Shown here: positions 26,828 to 36,301 of the stretch, one piece after another
How the letters are laid out: the number at the start of each line of letters is the position of its first letter
How positions within the stretch are numbered: position 1 is the first letter of the stretch
Assembly (NCBI GenBank): GCA_016186995.1
Contig: JACPKQ010000016.1
Coordinates: forward strand, 5,627-69,626
Reading direction: 5' to 3'
Length of the DNA: 64,000 nucleotides
From: Deltaproteobacteria bacterium
GTDB taxonomy: Bacteria > Bdellovibrionota > JACOXK01
The notes under the pieces: model-generated
The model's database searches: none
What the model was told of the DNA's origin: nothing
The model's input: the letters and a program-made list of their open reading frames with translations, nothing else
Program-made: the position numbers and the translations under genes

Positions 26828-28393
26828 ATGCATAGTTGGTTTGGACAACACACTCTTTCGCTGATTACTTTTATTCCCATCATAGGAATATTACTTGTAT
26901 TAAGTATACCCAAAACAAAAGAAACGGTTCTAAAATATACAGCCCTTGCTTTTGCAACTACTCCTTTTGTTCTTTCTCTTTATGTTTACCAGTATTTTGA
27001 TTTGACTTCTTCTAAAATGCAGTTTGTAGAGCAACTCAACTGGATCCCAAGTTTTAATATTGAGTATTTTTTAGGAATCGATGGGCTTTCACTTCCTATG
27101 ATTCTTTTAACAGGACTTCTCTCTGCTCTTTGCATTATTGCATCATGGAATATTAAAAAAGGTCTTAAGGGTTATCTTGCTCTCTTTTTACTTTTAGAAA
27201 CAGGAATGCTTGGGGTTTTTTGTGCTCTTGATTTCTTTCTTTTTTTTATTTTTTGGGAAGTCATGCTTCTTCCTATGTATTTTCTTATTGGTATTTGGGG
27301 TGGTCCTAAAAAAGAATATGCAGCCATCAAGTTCTTCCTTTATACACTTGTTGGATCTGTTCTTATGCTTGTAGCTTTGATTGCTTTTTATCTCAACACA
27401 GATCCCCACACTTTTAATCTTATTAAACTTTCAGAACCTGGTATTTTAGTAGGCAATCAAATTTCACTTTTTGGAATCTCCTTATCTTTCCACAGTTTTA
27501 AAATACTCCTGTGGATATTTTTGTTTATCGGATTTGCTATTAAAGTCCCACTCTTTCCATTTCATACATGGTTGCCTTTAGCACACGTTGAGGCACCTAC
27601 TGCTATTTCTGTAATTCTTGCAGGCGTTCTTTTAAAAATGGGAACTTACGGATTGCTTAGAATTTCCTATCCTATTTTACCAGGAGAAACTCTTTACTTT
27701 ATTAAAGATATTCCGCTTCTTCCTCTTTTAGGGGTGGTGAATATTATTTATGGCGCCTGCTGTGCCATGGCCCAAATTACTTTACCTGAAGAAAAAGGTG
27801 GGAACGATCTTAAAAAACTGATCGCTTACTCCAGTATCAGCCATATGGGGTATGTCATTTTAGGAATGAGTGCCATGACAAGTGAAGCTATGCACGGAGC
27901 TGTGTTTCAAATGTTTAATCACGGAACTATCACTGCCATGCTCTTCTTACTTGTAGGTGTCATTTATGACCAAGCTCACCATAGAAAAATTGATGGCTTT
28001 GGAGGTTTGGCAACAAAAGTACCCGTGCTCACAGGTATTGTATCAGTTGCCTTTTTTGCGGCACTGGGTTTACCAGGGCTTTCTGGTTTTATCTCTGAAG
28101 CTCTTGTATTTTTAGGATCTTTTAAATCAACTCTCCCAGGGCTTCGTACTTTTACAGTCTTAGCTACTTTGGGTATTATTTTAAATGCTGCTTTTTTACT
28201 GTGGGCATTGCAAAAAATATTTTTAGGCACACTCAACACTCAATATGAAAACTTTCAAGATATGACAAAACGAGAGCTTATTACACTTGTTCCACTCACT
28301 GTGGTTGTCATTTTTTTAGGCGTGTATCCAACACCGATGCTTGATCTTATGCAACGAACTTTAAATAATTTATTGCACTTAATGGGAGTTTAA
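26828..28393 (+). CDS. nuoM: NADH-quinone oxidoreductase subunit M (cluster 1)
   Basis: FPFHTWLPLAHVEAPTAISVILAGVLLKMGTYGLLR is the NuoM/ND4 motif. Confidence 0.85.
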   Translation: MHSWFGQHTLSLITFIPIIGILLVLSIPKTKETVLKYTALAFATTPFVLSLYVYQYFDLTSSKMQFVEQLNWIPSFNIEYFLGIDGLSLPMILLTGLLSALCIIASWNIKKGLKGYLALFLLLETGMLGVFCALDFFLFFIFWEVMLLPMYFLIGIWGGPKKEYAAIKFFLYTLVGSVLMLVALIAFYLNTDPHTFNLIKLSEPGILVGNQISLFGISLSFHSFKILLWIFLFIGFAIKVPLFPFHTWLPLAHVEAPTAISVILAGVLLKMGTYGLLRISYPILPGETLYFIKDIPLLPLLGVVNIIYGACCAMAQITLPEEKGGNDLKKLIAYSSISHMGYVILGMSAMTSEAMHGAVFQMFNHGTITAMLFLLVGVIYDQAHHRKIDGFGGLATKVPVLTGIVSVAFFAALGLPGLSGFISEALVFLGSFKSTLPGLRTFTVLATLGIILNAAFLLWALQKIFLGTLNTQYENFQDMTKRELITLVPLTVVVIFLGVYPTPMLDLMQRTLNNLLHLMGV

Positions 28394-28399
28394 AAAGTC

Positions 28400-29872
28400 A
28401 TGTTAGAAACATTATCATTCATCCTTCCTGAACTTTCCCTAACACTCACTTTGTGTACTCTTTTACTTGTCGGACTTAAATTTAAAAATAAATTTCTTCT
28501 TTATAGTCTTGTCAAAATGGGTGTATTGGCTACTTTTATTTTTCTTGTGTGGGGTGGTGGTGGATATTTAAATAGTGTTTCTATTTTTTCCAACAGTTTA
28601 AGTATCGATCCTTTATCTCGATTTTTTAAAATACTCATTCTTTTCCCAACACTTTTTTGTTCTTGGTTTGCTTTAAATTCTTACGAACTTCACGAAAAAT
28701 CCCATATTGAAGCGCTTCTCCTCATATTAGGAAGCACTTTAGGAATGTTTTTTCTTGTAAGCAGCAGTGATCTTCTTATGATTTATCTCTCACTTGAGAC
28801 GGTAAGCATTTTCTCTTATGTTTTAGCAGGTATTCGAAAAAAACATGCTCTTTCCAATGAAGCTTCCGTCAAATACATGATTTTCGGTACTTTTGTAAGT
28901 GGTGGTATGCTGTATGGTTTGAGTCTTCTTTATGGCATGACAGGGTCTCTCAACCTTTTAGATATTGCTACCCAACTTAAAGATTACAACACCCATGATT
29001 TTTCACTTTTATTTATATCTCTTCTTATTTTTGGTGGATTTGCTTACAAAATTTCTGCGGTTCCGTTTCATATGTGGACGCCAGATGTCTATGAAGGAGC
29101 GCCCACACCTATTACAACCTTTTTCTCAACAGCTCCTAAAGTTGCTGGATTTGCAGTTCTTATTCGATTTTTTTATGTTGTTTTTTCAACTCAGATGACA
29201 GAAGGGGGTGTTACAATATGGGCAACTACTGATTTACACTGGCCTGAGATAGTAGCTCTTCTTTCAGCTATAACTATGACAGTAGGTAACTTTGCTGCTC
29301 TTTCTCAAACTAATGTCAAAAGACTTTTAGCTTACTCAACCATTGCTCATTCTGGATATATCCTCATGGGTTTTGTCGTTCTTGGGGTGGAGGGGCTTGA
29401 AGCCGTCCTCTTTTATACCCTTGTTTATATTTTTATGAAATTAGGAGCCTTTTTTGTAACTCAATGTGTAGGTAATAAATTTAAAAATGAAGAACTGAGC
29501 TCATTTAAAGAAATTGGGTGGAAATCCCCTCTTCTAGGAATCAGCATGACCCTTTTTCTTTTTGCTCTTATTGGACTTCCTCCTACAAGTGGCTTTATAG
29601 GAAAATTTTATCTTTTTAATGCTGCTCTTCACAAAGGTTTACTCTGGCTTGTCATTGTTGCTATTTTTAATTCTGTCGTTTCTCTTTATTATTACGCGAA
29701 AATTCTTAAGGCACTGTACCTTGAGAAAAGCGAAAAAGAGTTTTCATTTACACTTAACTTCTTTGACTCCTACGTTCTTGTCTTTCTTTCGGTAGCTGTT
29801 ATGCTCCTGGGGATTTACGTTGAACCTTTCATCCACTGGGTTAAAGCATCAGTTTATTTTATTGTTGGATAA
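28400..29872 (+). CDS. nuoN: NADH-quinone oxidoreductase subunit N (cluster 1)
   Basis: VPFHMWTPDVYEGAPTPITTFFSTAPKVAGFAVLIR is the NuoN/ND2 motif. Confidence 0.85.
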   Translation: MLETLSFILPELSLTLTLCTLLLVGLKFKNKFLLYSLVKMGVLATFIFLVWGGGGYLNSVSIFSNSLSIDPLSRFFKILILFPTLFCSWFALNSYELHEKSHIEALLLILGSTLGMFFLVSSSDLLMIYLSLETVSIFSYVLAGIRKKHALSNEASVKYMIFGTFVSGGMLYGLSLLYGMTGSLNLLDIATQLKDYNTHDFSLLFISLLIFGGFAYKISAVPFHMWTPDVYEGAPTPITTFFSTAPKVAGFAVLIRFFYVVFSTQMTEGGVTIWATTDLHWPEIVALLSAITMTVGNFAALSQTNVKRLLAYSTIAHSGYILMGFVVLGVEGLEAVLFYTLVYIFMKLGAFFVTQCVGNKFKNEELSSFKEIGWKSPLLGISMTLFLFALIGLPPTSGFIGKFYLFNAALHKGLLWLVIVAIFNSVVSLYYYAKILKALYLEKSEKEFSFTLNFFDSYVLVFLSVAVMLLGIYVEPFIHWVKASVYFIVG

Positions 29873-29875
29873 AAA

Positions 29876-30256
29876 ATGGCGTATCAAACTCACGAATACA
29901 TTGCCGTTGGAATGCTTTTTCTTTTTGCAGCACTCGTTGCTACTTTAATCTTGATTGCTACACATCTTTTGGGTCCTAAAATTAAAGACCCAGCTAAAAT
30001 GCGTCCTTATGAGTGTGGCCCTGAGCCACAGGGAACGCCACGTCATCAATTTTCTGTTCATTTCTATATCATTGCCATTTTCTTCATTCTTTTTGATATT
30101 GAGGCTGTTTTTATGTATCCATGGGCTGTGATGTTTAAAAAGTTTTTAATCCTGCAAGGATTTGTCATTATTCTTGATATGGTTGTATTCATTGGTATTT
30201 TAGCTGTTGGTTTTATTTATATTTGGAAAAAGAAGGCACTTGAATGGGATTTATAG
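29876..30256 (+). CDS. nuoA: NADH-quinone oxidoreductase subunit A (cluster 2)
   Basis: YECGPEPQGTPRHQFSVHFYIIAIFFILFDIEAVFMYP. Confidence 0.85.
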   Translation: MAYQTHEYIAVGMLFLFAALVATLILIATHLLGPKIKDPAKMRPYECGPEPQGTPRHQFSVHFYIIAIFFILFDIEAVFMYPWAVMFKKFLILQGFVIILDMVVFIGILAVGFIYIWKKKALEWDL

Positions 30257-30696
30257 ACAGAATTAAAGACGGAAAGCTAGAGGTTTCCGCCGATGATATG
30301 AAATCATGCGTGTGGGAATTTAAAGAAGCGGGGTTTTCTTATCTTTCTGATCTTACAGCCAGAGACAATTATCCAGAAAAGCCTCGGTTTCATGTCATTT
30401 ATATTCTTACTCATATGAAAGAAGGAAAATCTATTATTCTTAAAGTTCCTCTTCCAGAAGAAAACCTTCATATTTTGACCATTACTGATATTTGGCCTGG
30501 TGCTAATTGGTTAGAAAGAGAAGCCTTTGATATGTTTGGAATTATTTTTGATGGACATCCCAACCTTACAAGAATTTTGGCTTCGAGCTCTCAAAGCTGG
30601 AGTGGGCGTGGGACAGAAGACTACCCATTAAGAAAAGATTACAACCTTATCCAACGCCCTGGAGATGATAAAACAGAAAAAAATGAAAAATACTGA
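30244..30696 (+). CDS. nuoC: NADH-quinone oxidoreductase subunit C (30 kDa subunit), short form
   Basis: LTITDIWPGANWLEREAFDMFGIIFDGHPNLTRIL is the NuoC signature. No nuoB before it and no nuoD after it. Confidence 0.75.
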   Translation: MGFIDRIKDGKLEVSADDMKSCVWEFKEAGFSYLSDLTARDNYPEKPRFHVIYILTHMKEGKSIILKVPLPEENLHILTITDIWPGANWLEREAFDMFGIIFDGHPNLTRILASSSQSWSGRGTEDYPLRKDYNLIQRPGDDKTEKNEKY

Positions 30697-31144
30697 TCAG
30701 AAATACATTGAAGAAATTTTTTCTAGATACCCTAACAAGCGGGCAGCAACCCTCCCACTTTTAACGCTTGCACAAGAAAGATTTGGATACATTTCAAAAG
30801 AAGCCTGTGTGTGGGTTGCAGAGCTTATTGGGGTTTCCCCTATGGAAGTTCATGAAACAGCAAGTTTTTACACCCTGTATTATTTAGAACCTGTGGGCAA
30901 AAATAAAATTAAACTATGCACTAATGTTTCTTGCATGCTTTTAGGGGCTAAAAAAATTGAAAAAACCTTAAAAAGAAAATTGGGTTTAAAAAAGAAAGGC
31001 ACTACAGAAGATAAAAAATTTCATTTTGAAACAGCAGAATGTTTAGGTTATTGCGATAAAGCCCCTGTGATGCAGATAAATACCGAAACATTTGAAAAAA
31101 TTTCTGATGAAAAGGTAGATGAAATTTTAAAAAAATATGAATAG
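30665..31144 (+). CDS. nuoE: NADH-quinone oxidoreductase subunit E (24 kDa, [2Fe-2S])
   Basis: Cys ligands in CTNVSCMLLGAKK...TAECLGYCDKAPVMQIN. Confidence 0.8.
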   Translation: MIKQKKMKNTDQKYIEEIFSRYPNKRAATLPLLTLAQERFGYISKEACVWVAELIGVSPMEVHETASFYTLYYLEPVGKNKIKLCTNVSCMLLGAKKIEKTLKRKLGLKKKGTTEDKKFHFETAECLGYCDKAPVMQINTETFEKISDEKVDEILKKYE

Positions 31145-31173
31145 TGGATTCCCGCCTTTGCGGGAATGACATT
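31145..31173. repeat. palindromic element ggattcccgcctttgcgggaatgacattgg between nuoE and nuoF
   Basis: 9-bp perfect stems ggattcccg/cgggaatcc; family of 19716..19770. Confidence 0.7.
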
Positions 31174-31180
31174 GGATTTT

Positions 31181-32455
31181 ATGGAAAAATATTTTCTTAA
31201 AAATATTGGTAAAAAAGACTCACACAAGCTTTCTACTTATGAAGAAAGTGGTGGGTATCAAACTATTCAAAAAGTTTTTAAACTTGAACCCCAAAAAGTC
31301 GTGGAAGAAGTAAAAATCTCTGGTCTTCGTGGATTAGGGGGTGCAGGATTTCCTACAGGAATGAAATGGGGTTTTATTCCTAAAAATATTTCTCCCAGAT
31401 ATCTTGTCTGCAATGCAGATGAAGGGGAGCCAGGCACTTTTAAAGACAGATGGCTTATGGATAACGACCCCCACCTTCTCTTAGAAGGTATTATGATAGC
31501 AAGTTACGCACTTGATATTCATACAGCTTATATTTTTATTCGCGGTGAGTTTTACAATGCAACTCAAAAAGTAAAAGAAGCCATCAAAGAATGTTATGAA
31601 CAAAAATATTTGGGTAAAAATATTTTTGGGAAGAGTTTTGATCTTGATATTTATGTTCATAGTGGCGCAGGGGCTTATATTTGCGGTGAAGAAACTGCAC
31701 TTTTAGAAGCTTTGGAGGGCAAACGCGGACTTCCACGAGTAAAACCACCCTTTCCAGCCATTGAAGGGCTTTTTGGAAAACCGACAGTTATTAATAACGT
31801 TGAAACCCTATGTGGAGTTAAGCTTATCTTAGAACATGGGGCGAAGTGGTACAAAAGTGTGGGAACTGAAAAAAATCCTGGTTACAAACTTTTCCCAATT
31901 AGTGGACATGTGAACAAACCGGGCGTTTATGAACTTCCTTTTGGAATGCCAGTTCAAGAAATTATTGAAAAATATGGTGGTGGAGTCCCAGAAGGAAGAA
32001 AAATTAAAGGGGTTATTCCAGGTGGATCAAGCTCTGGTGTTTTAACAGCTTCGGAACTTAATACACCTATGGATTTTGAAACCTTCCGTGGAAAAGGGAT
32101 GATTCTAGGAACCGCTTCTATCATTGTGATGGATGAAACAACAGATATGGTTGAGATTCTTCATAACATTATGCATTTTTATGCTGAAGAATCTTGTGGG
32201 CAGTGTACACCTTGTCGAGAAGGCACGATGTGGAGCTATAAAATTTTGAATCGTCTCATGAAAGACGAAGGAACACGGGAAGATATTGAAACCTTAAAAA
32301 GAATAGCGAAAAATATCAGTGGCACAACACTGTGTGCCTTAGCTGATGGTGCTGCCATTCCTTTAAAAGGATTTGTAGAAAAATTTCCAGAAGATTTTGA
32401 AAAAAGAATACGAGCACCTAGAAGAGAAACACCTAAACCGGTGATTATGCGATGA
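31181..32455 (+). CDS. nuoF: NADH-quinone oxidoreductase subunit F (51 kDa, FMN/NADH-binding)
   Basis: GLRGLGGAGFPTGMKWGF (FMN site), NADEGEPGTFKDR, and the C-terminal Cys cluster ESCGQCTPCREG. Start chosen at MEKYFLKN, after the repeat. Confidence 0.85.
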   Translation: MEKYFLKNIGKKDSHKLSTYEESGGYQTIQKVFKLEPQKVVEEVKISGLRGLGGAGFPTGMKWGFIPKNISPRYLVCNADEGEPGTFKDRWLMDNDPHLLLEGIMIASYALDIHTAYIFIRGEFYNATQKVKEAIKECYEQKYLGKNIFGKSFDLDIYVHSGAGAYICGEETALLEALEGKRGLPRVKPPFPAIEGLFGKPTVINNVETLCGVKLILEHGAKWYKSVGTEKNPGYKLFPISGHVNKPGVYELPFGMPVQEIIEKYGGGVPEGRKIKGVIPGGSSSGVLTASELNTPMDFETFRGKGMILGTASIIVMDETTDMVEILHNIMHFYAEESCGQCTPCREGTMWSYKILNRLMKDEGTREDIETLKRIAKNISGTTLCALADGAAIPLKGFVEKFPEDFEKRIRAPRRETPKPVIMR

Positions 32456-33507
32456 CGCTTACTATTTTGTTAGTTACATTACTTAAAGTTCTTGTTCTTT
32501 CTTTTGTTGTCATCAATGTTGTTCCACTCATGACATGGGTTGAAAGAAGAGGAAGTGCTTTTATACAAGGCCGTATTGGTCCAAATCGTGTAGGGCCTTT
32601 GGGGCTTTTTCAACCTATAGCCGATGGTATCAAATTCATCATGAAAGAGGATACTTATTATCCTCATGTTGATAAAATTCTTTTTATCATTGCCCCAGCT
32701 TTAGCCCTCATTCCTGCTATATTAGCGTTTGCCGCCATTCCTTTTGGCCCACAATTTACGTTGTGGGGATACACAACCGCTCTTCAAATTGCTGATATCA
32801 ATATTGGGGTTATTTATGTTTTGGCTATCGCCTCTTTAAGTATTTATGGAATTCTTTTAGGTGGCTGGGCCTCTAATAATAAATACAGCTTTTTAGGAAG
32901 CGTTCGAAGCAGTGCTCAGATGATTTCATACGAAGTTGCCTTGGGCCTTTCTATTGTAGGGCTTCTGATGATTTATGAAACCACTAGTTTAAAAGACATG
33001 GTCTTAGCACAATCAGTTCCTTTGTGGGGAGTTTTACCTAAATGGGGAATTTTTACTCAACCTGTGGCTTTTCTTCTTTTTTGGATTTGTATATTTGCCG
33101 AAACAAACAGACTTCCTTTTGATTTACCAGAAGGCGAGACGGAGCTTGTAGCAGGCTATCACACCGAATATTCAGGAATGAAGTTTGCACTTTTTTTTAT
33201 GTCTGAATATATGGCTATGTTTACAGGAAGCGCCCTTGCGGCCACCCTTTTTTTAGGTGGCTGGGCTTTCCCACCCGGCATTCAGGAATGGATTCTCAAC
33301 TTTGGCCTTTCTAGAAATTTATTTGCTTTTATATGCTTTATCAATTTTATGATTAAGGTTGCGTTCTTCTTATGGTGTTTTGTATGGGTGAGGTGGACCT
33401 TCCCACGATTTAGATATGATCAACTTATGAAATTAGGTTGGAAGTTTATGATACCTGTTGCTCTTTTAAATATTTTAGCTACAGGATTTGTCATATACGG
33501 GGCTTAA
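32452..33507 (+). CDS. nuoH: NADH-quinone oxidoreductase subunit H (cluster 2, intact)
   Basis: GRIGPNRVGPLGLFQPIADGIKF...GGWASNNKYSFLGSVRSSAQMISYEV...TNRLPFDLPEGETELVAGYHTEYSGM. Confidence 0.85.
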   Translation: MTLTILLVTLLKVLVLSFVVINVVPLMTWVERRGSAFIQGRIGPNRVGPLGLFQPIADGIKFIMKEDTYYPHVDKILFIIAPALALIPAILAFAAIPFGPQFTLWGYTTALQIADINIGVIYVLAIASLSIYGILLGGWASNNKYSFLGSVRSSAQMISYEVALGLSIVGLLMIYETTSLKDMVLAQSVPLWGVLPKWGIFTQPVAFLLFWICIFAETNRLPFDLPEGETELVAGYHTEYSGMKFALFFMSEYMAMFTGSALAATLFLGGWAFPPGIQEWILNFGLSRNLFAFICFINFMIKVAFFLWCFVWVRWTFPRFRYDQLMKLGWKFMIPVALLNILATGFVIYGA

Positions 33508-33511
33508 AACG

Positions 33512-33997
33512 ATGGAACACATACTTTTTTATGTTATAAGTGGTTTAGCAATTATAAGTGCTTTAAGCGTTATTCTGAATAAAAACCCTGTTTATTCAGC
33601 TTTATCACTTGTAGGTTTTCTTTTTGTTCAAGCCATCCTTTTTGTACTTCTCAAAGCTTATTTTATAGCTATTGTACAGGTGCTTGTTTATACGGGTGCC
33701 ATTATGGTGCTTTTTGTTTATGTTGTTATGGTTATGAAGCTAAATGAAGAACTTCTTCCTCGTATTCGCTTAAGACCTTTTAGTCTTTTTCTTGCTGGGC
33801 TTTTTGCTTCTTATCTATTTTATATTTTTTCAAAAACACCCACTTTTTCACATCCTGTTTTAAAAACAGGCGATATTTCAGAAATAGGAGAGCTTTTATT
33901 TTCAAAATATGTACTTCCTTTTGAAGTCATTAGCTTATTGTTACTTGTTGCTATGGTAGGGGCTGTTGTTTTAAATAGGAAAAGCAAACATGAATGA
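33512..33997 (+). CDS. nuoJ: NADH-quinone oxidoreductase subunit J (cluster 2)
   Basis: Paralog of 23864..24358 (VQVLVYTGAIMVLFVYVVMV). Start at MEHILFYV just after the nuoH stop. Confidence 0.75.
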   Translation: MEHILFYVISGLAIISALSVILNKNPVYSALSLVGFLFVQAILFVLLKAYFIAIVQVLVYTGAIMVLFVYVVMVMKLNEELLPRIRLRPFSLFLAGLFASYLFYIFSKTPTFSHPVLKTGDISEIGELLFSKYVLPFEVISLLLLVAMVGAVVLNRKSKHE

Positions 33998-34283
33998 GTA
34001 TTTTATTTTAGCAAGTATTCTTTTTGCACTTGGAGTCACAGGTGTTCTTATGAGACGCAATCTTTTGGTTATTCTTATGTCTGTTGAGATCATGCTTGCA
34101 AGTAGTAATCTTGCTTTGATTGCAGCTTCTTCTCATGTTGGCAATTTACACGGACATATTTTTGTACTTTTTAATATTGCTGTTGCCGCTGCTGAAGCAG
34201 CTGTAGGCCTTGCTTTGATTGTTATTATTTATAAAAATAAAAAGACCGAAAACGTTGATCAGTTTACATCACTTCACGGATAA
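33990..34283 (+). CDS. nuoK: NADH-quinone oxidoreductase subunit K (cluster 2)
   Basis: ILMSVEIMLASSNLALIAAS...NIAVAAAEAAVGLALIVI. Confidence 0.85.
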   Translation: MNEYFILASILFALGVTGVLMRRNLLVILMSVEIMLASSNLALIAASSHVGNLHGHIFVLFNIAVAAAEAAVGLALIVIIYKNKKTENVDQFTSLHG

Positions 34284-34423
34284 TTAAAAAAACAGCCCAT
34301 CTAAAGCACCACCCCCAAACTGAAAACCCCAATCCCACTTCTGTCTTTAAAATTTCTTTACTTGCCAGCCCAAGAGGAGGCGTGTAGCTTTGTTCAAGTC
34401 ATTGAGATTATAGGGGAAACCTG

Positions 34424-36301
34424 ATGTCTTCATACTTGATTTACGTTGCACTTTTAAGCCCTTTTTTAGGGTTTTTAATACAGATTTTTTTAGGTGGAAA
34501 GCTTTCCAAAACTATTTCTGGAACAATATCTTCTCTTGCTGTTTTTGTTTCGTTTTTAGCAAGTCTTTTTCTCTTTTTTGAGTTCCACAATGTCAGCTTT
34601 TCCCATACACTTTTCTCTTGGTTTGATATTGGAGATTTCAAAGCAGATTTTTCCGTAAAAATAGACCAGCTATCCCTTCTTATGATGCTTGTTGTAACAG
34701 GTATCAGTACTTTAATTCATATTTATTCAACAGGTTACATGCACGAAGATCCGCTTTTTTCTCGTTACTTTGGTTACTTAAATCTTTTTGTATTTATGAT
34801 GCTTACCCTTATTATGGCAGACAATCTTCTTCTTATGTTTGTGGGCTGGGAGGGTGTTGGTTTGTGCTCTTATCTTTTGATTGGTTTTTGGTTTGAAGAT
34901 GATTTTAAAGCTTTTTGTGGAAAAAAAGCATTTATTGTTAATAGAATTGGGGATGCTGCCTTTATTTTAGGAATTTTTCTTATTTTTTCTTTATTTGGAA
35001 CGCTTGAGTTTGAATCTCTTTACACTTCTACTTTAAACCGCTCCCCTGAAATGGGCTTTGGTCTTCTTTCTTGCATCACTCTTTTTCTTTTTATAGGCGC
35101 AACAGGAAAAAGCGCACAAATTCCTCTTTATGTATGGTTACCAGATGCCATGGCAGGCCCAACCCCTGTTTCAGCTCTTATTCATGCTGCTACCATGGTA
35201 ACAGCCGGTGTGTATATGATTTGTCGCTTGAGCTTTTTTTATGATCTAACACCCATTGTTCAAAATATTATTATTGTGATCGGAATGGCTACAGCGATTC
35301 TTTCAGGACTGATTGCTCTTACACAAAAAGATATTAAAAAAGTTTTAGCTTATTCAACGGTTTCTCAATTGGGCTATATGTTTGTTGCAGCTGGCCTCGC
35401 AGCTTATGGGGCTGCCATGTTTCATCTGACAACACATGCTTTTTTCAAAGCCCTTCTTTTTCTTTGTTCAGGAAGTGTCATTCATGCCATGAACGGGGAG
35501 CAAGATATGTTTAAAATGGGCGGGCTTAAAAATGTCATGCCTATTACTTACCTTTCTTTTCTTGTGGGGGCCTTAGCGCTTTCAGGTATTCCCCCTTTGG
35601 CGGGTTTCTTCAGTAAAGATACTATACTTGCATTTGCCTTTGCAAAATCCCCCCTTCTTTGGGGATTAACTGCTTTCACAGCACTTCTCACTTCTTTTTA
35701 TATTTTTAGAGCTTTATCTCTCACCTTTCATGGAAAATTAGGCAATATTCATGCTCATGAATCCCCTAGTTCTATGACTGTTCCTCTTGTTTTGCTTTCT
35801 TGTGGAACATTGCTCGTTGGTTTTTTAGGACTACCCCCCATGTTTTCTCACCTTTTTCATGTTGAAAATCTGTTTGAAAAATTCTTGGGATGGGAATCCT
35901 CTCTTCACCTTTCAGGGCAAACAGAGTGGTTTTTGATGGGTGCGTGCTCAGCATTGGTCATACTCACCGCCTACACAGCCACAAAGCTTTTTAGTGGAGA
36001 CAAAGCAAAAGTAACAGCGCTGAAAAACAAATTTTCAAAACTTCACACACTTTCAGAAAATAAATTTTATGTGGATGAGTTTTACGATCTTGTTTTTGTG
36101 AAAACTGCACACAAGAAAGCTCAGTTTTTTTGGGAAAAAATTGATATTTTTGTGATTGATGGAATAGTCAACGGCGTTGGATCACTAGGAAGAAATCTTT
36201 CAATACTCTTGAGCCTTATTCAAACGGGAAGGGTCATTAATTATGCCTTTATGATGTTTTTAGGTATGATTTTAATTCTTCTTTATTTAGTGAAGTTGTA
36301 A
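34424..36301 (+). CDS. nuoL: NADH-quinone oxidoreductase subunit L (cluster 2)
   Basis: WLPDAMAGPTPVSALIHAATMVTAGVYM. Preceded by an unusual 140-nt intra-operon gap. Confidence 0.85.
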   Translation: MSSYLIYVALLSPFLGFLIQIFLGGKLSKTISGTISSLAVFVSFLASLFLFFEFHNVSFSHTLFSWFDIGDFKADFSVKIDQLSLLMMLVVTGISTLIHIYSTGYMHEDPLFSRYFGYLNLFVFMMLTLIMADNLLLMFVGWEGVGLCSYLLIGFWFEDDFKAFCGKKAFIVNRIGDAAFILGIFLIFSLFGTLEFESLYTSTLNRSPEMGFGLLSCITLFLFIGATGKSAQIPLYVWLPDAMAGPTPVSALIHAATMVTAGVYMICRLSFFYDLTPIVQNIIIVIGMATAILSGLIALTQKDIKKVLAYSTVSQLGYMFVAAGLAAYGAAMFHLTTHAFFKALLFLCSGSVIHAMNGEQDMFKMGGLKNVMPITYLSFLVGALALSGIPPLAGFFSKDTILAFAFAKSPLLWGLTAFTALLTSFYIFRALSLTFHGKLGNIHAHESPSSMTVPLVLLSCGTLLVGFLGLPPMFSHLFHVENLFEKFLGWESSLHLSGQTEWFLMGACSALVILTAYTATKLFSGDKAKVTALKNKFSKLHTLSENKFYVDEFYDLVFVKTAHKKAQFFWEKIDIFVIDGIVNGVGSLGRNLSILLSLIQTGRVINYAFMMFLGMILILLYLVKL

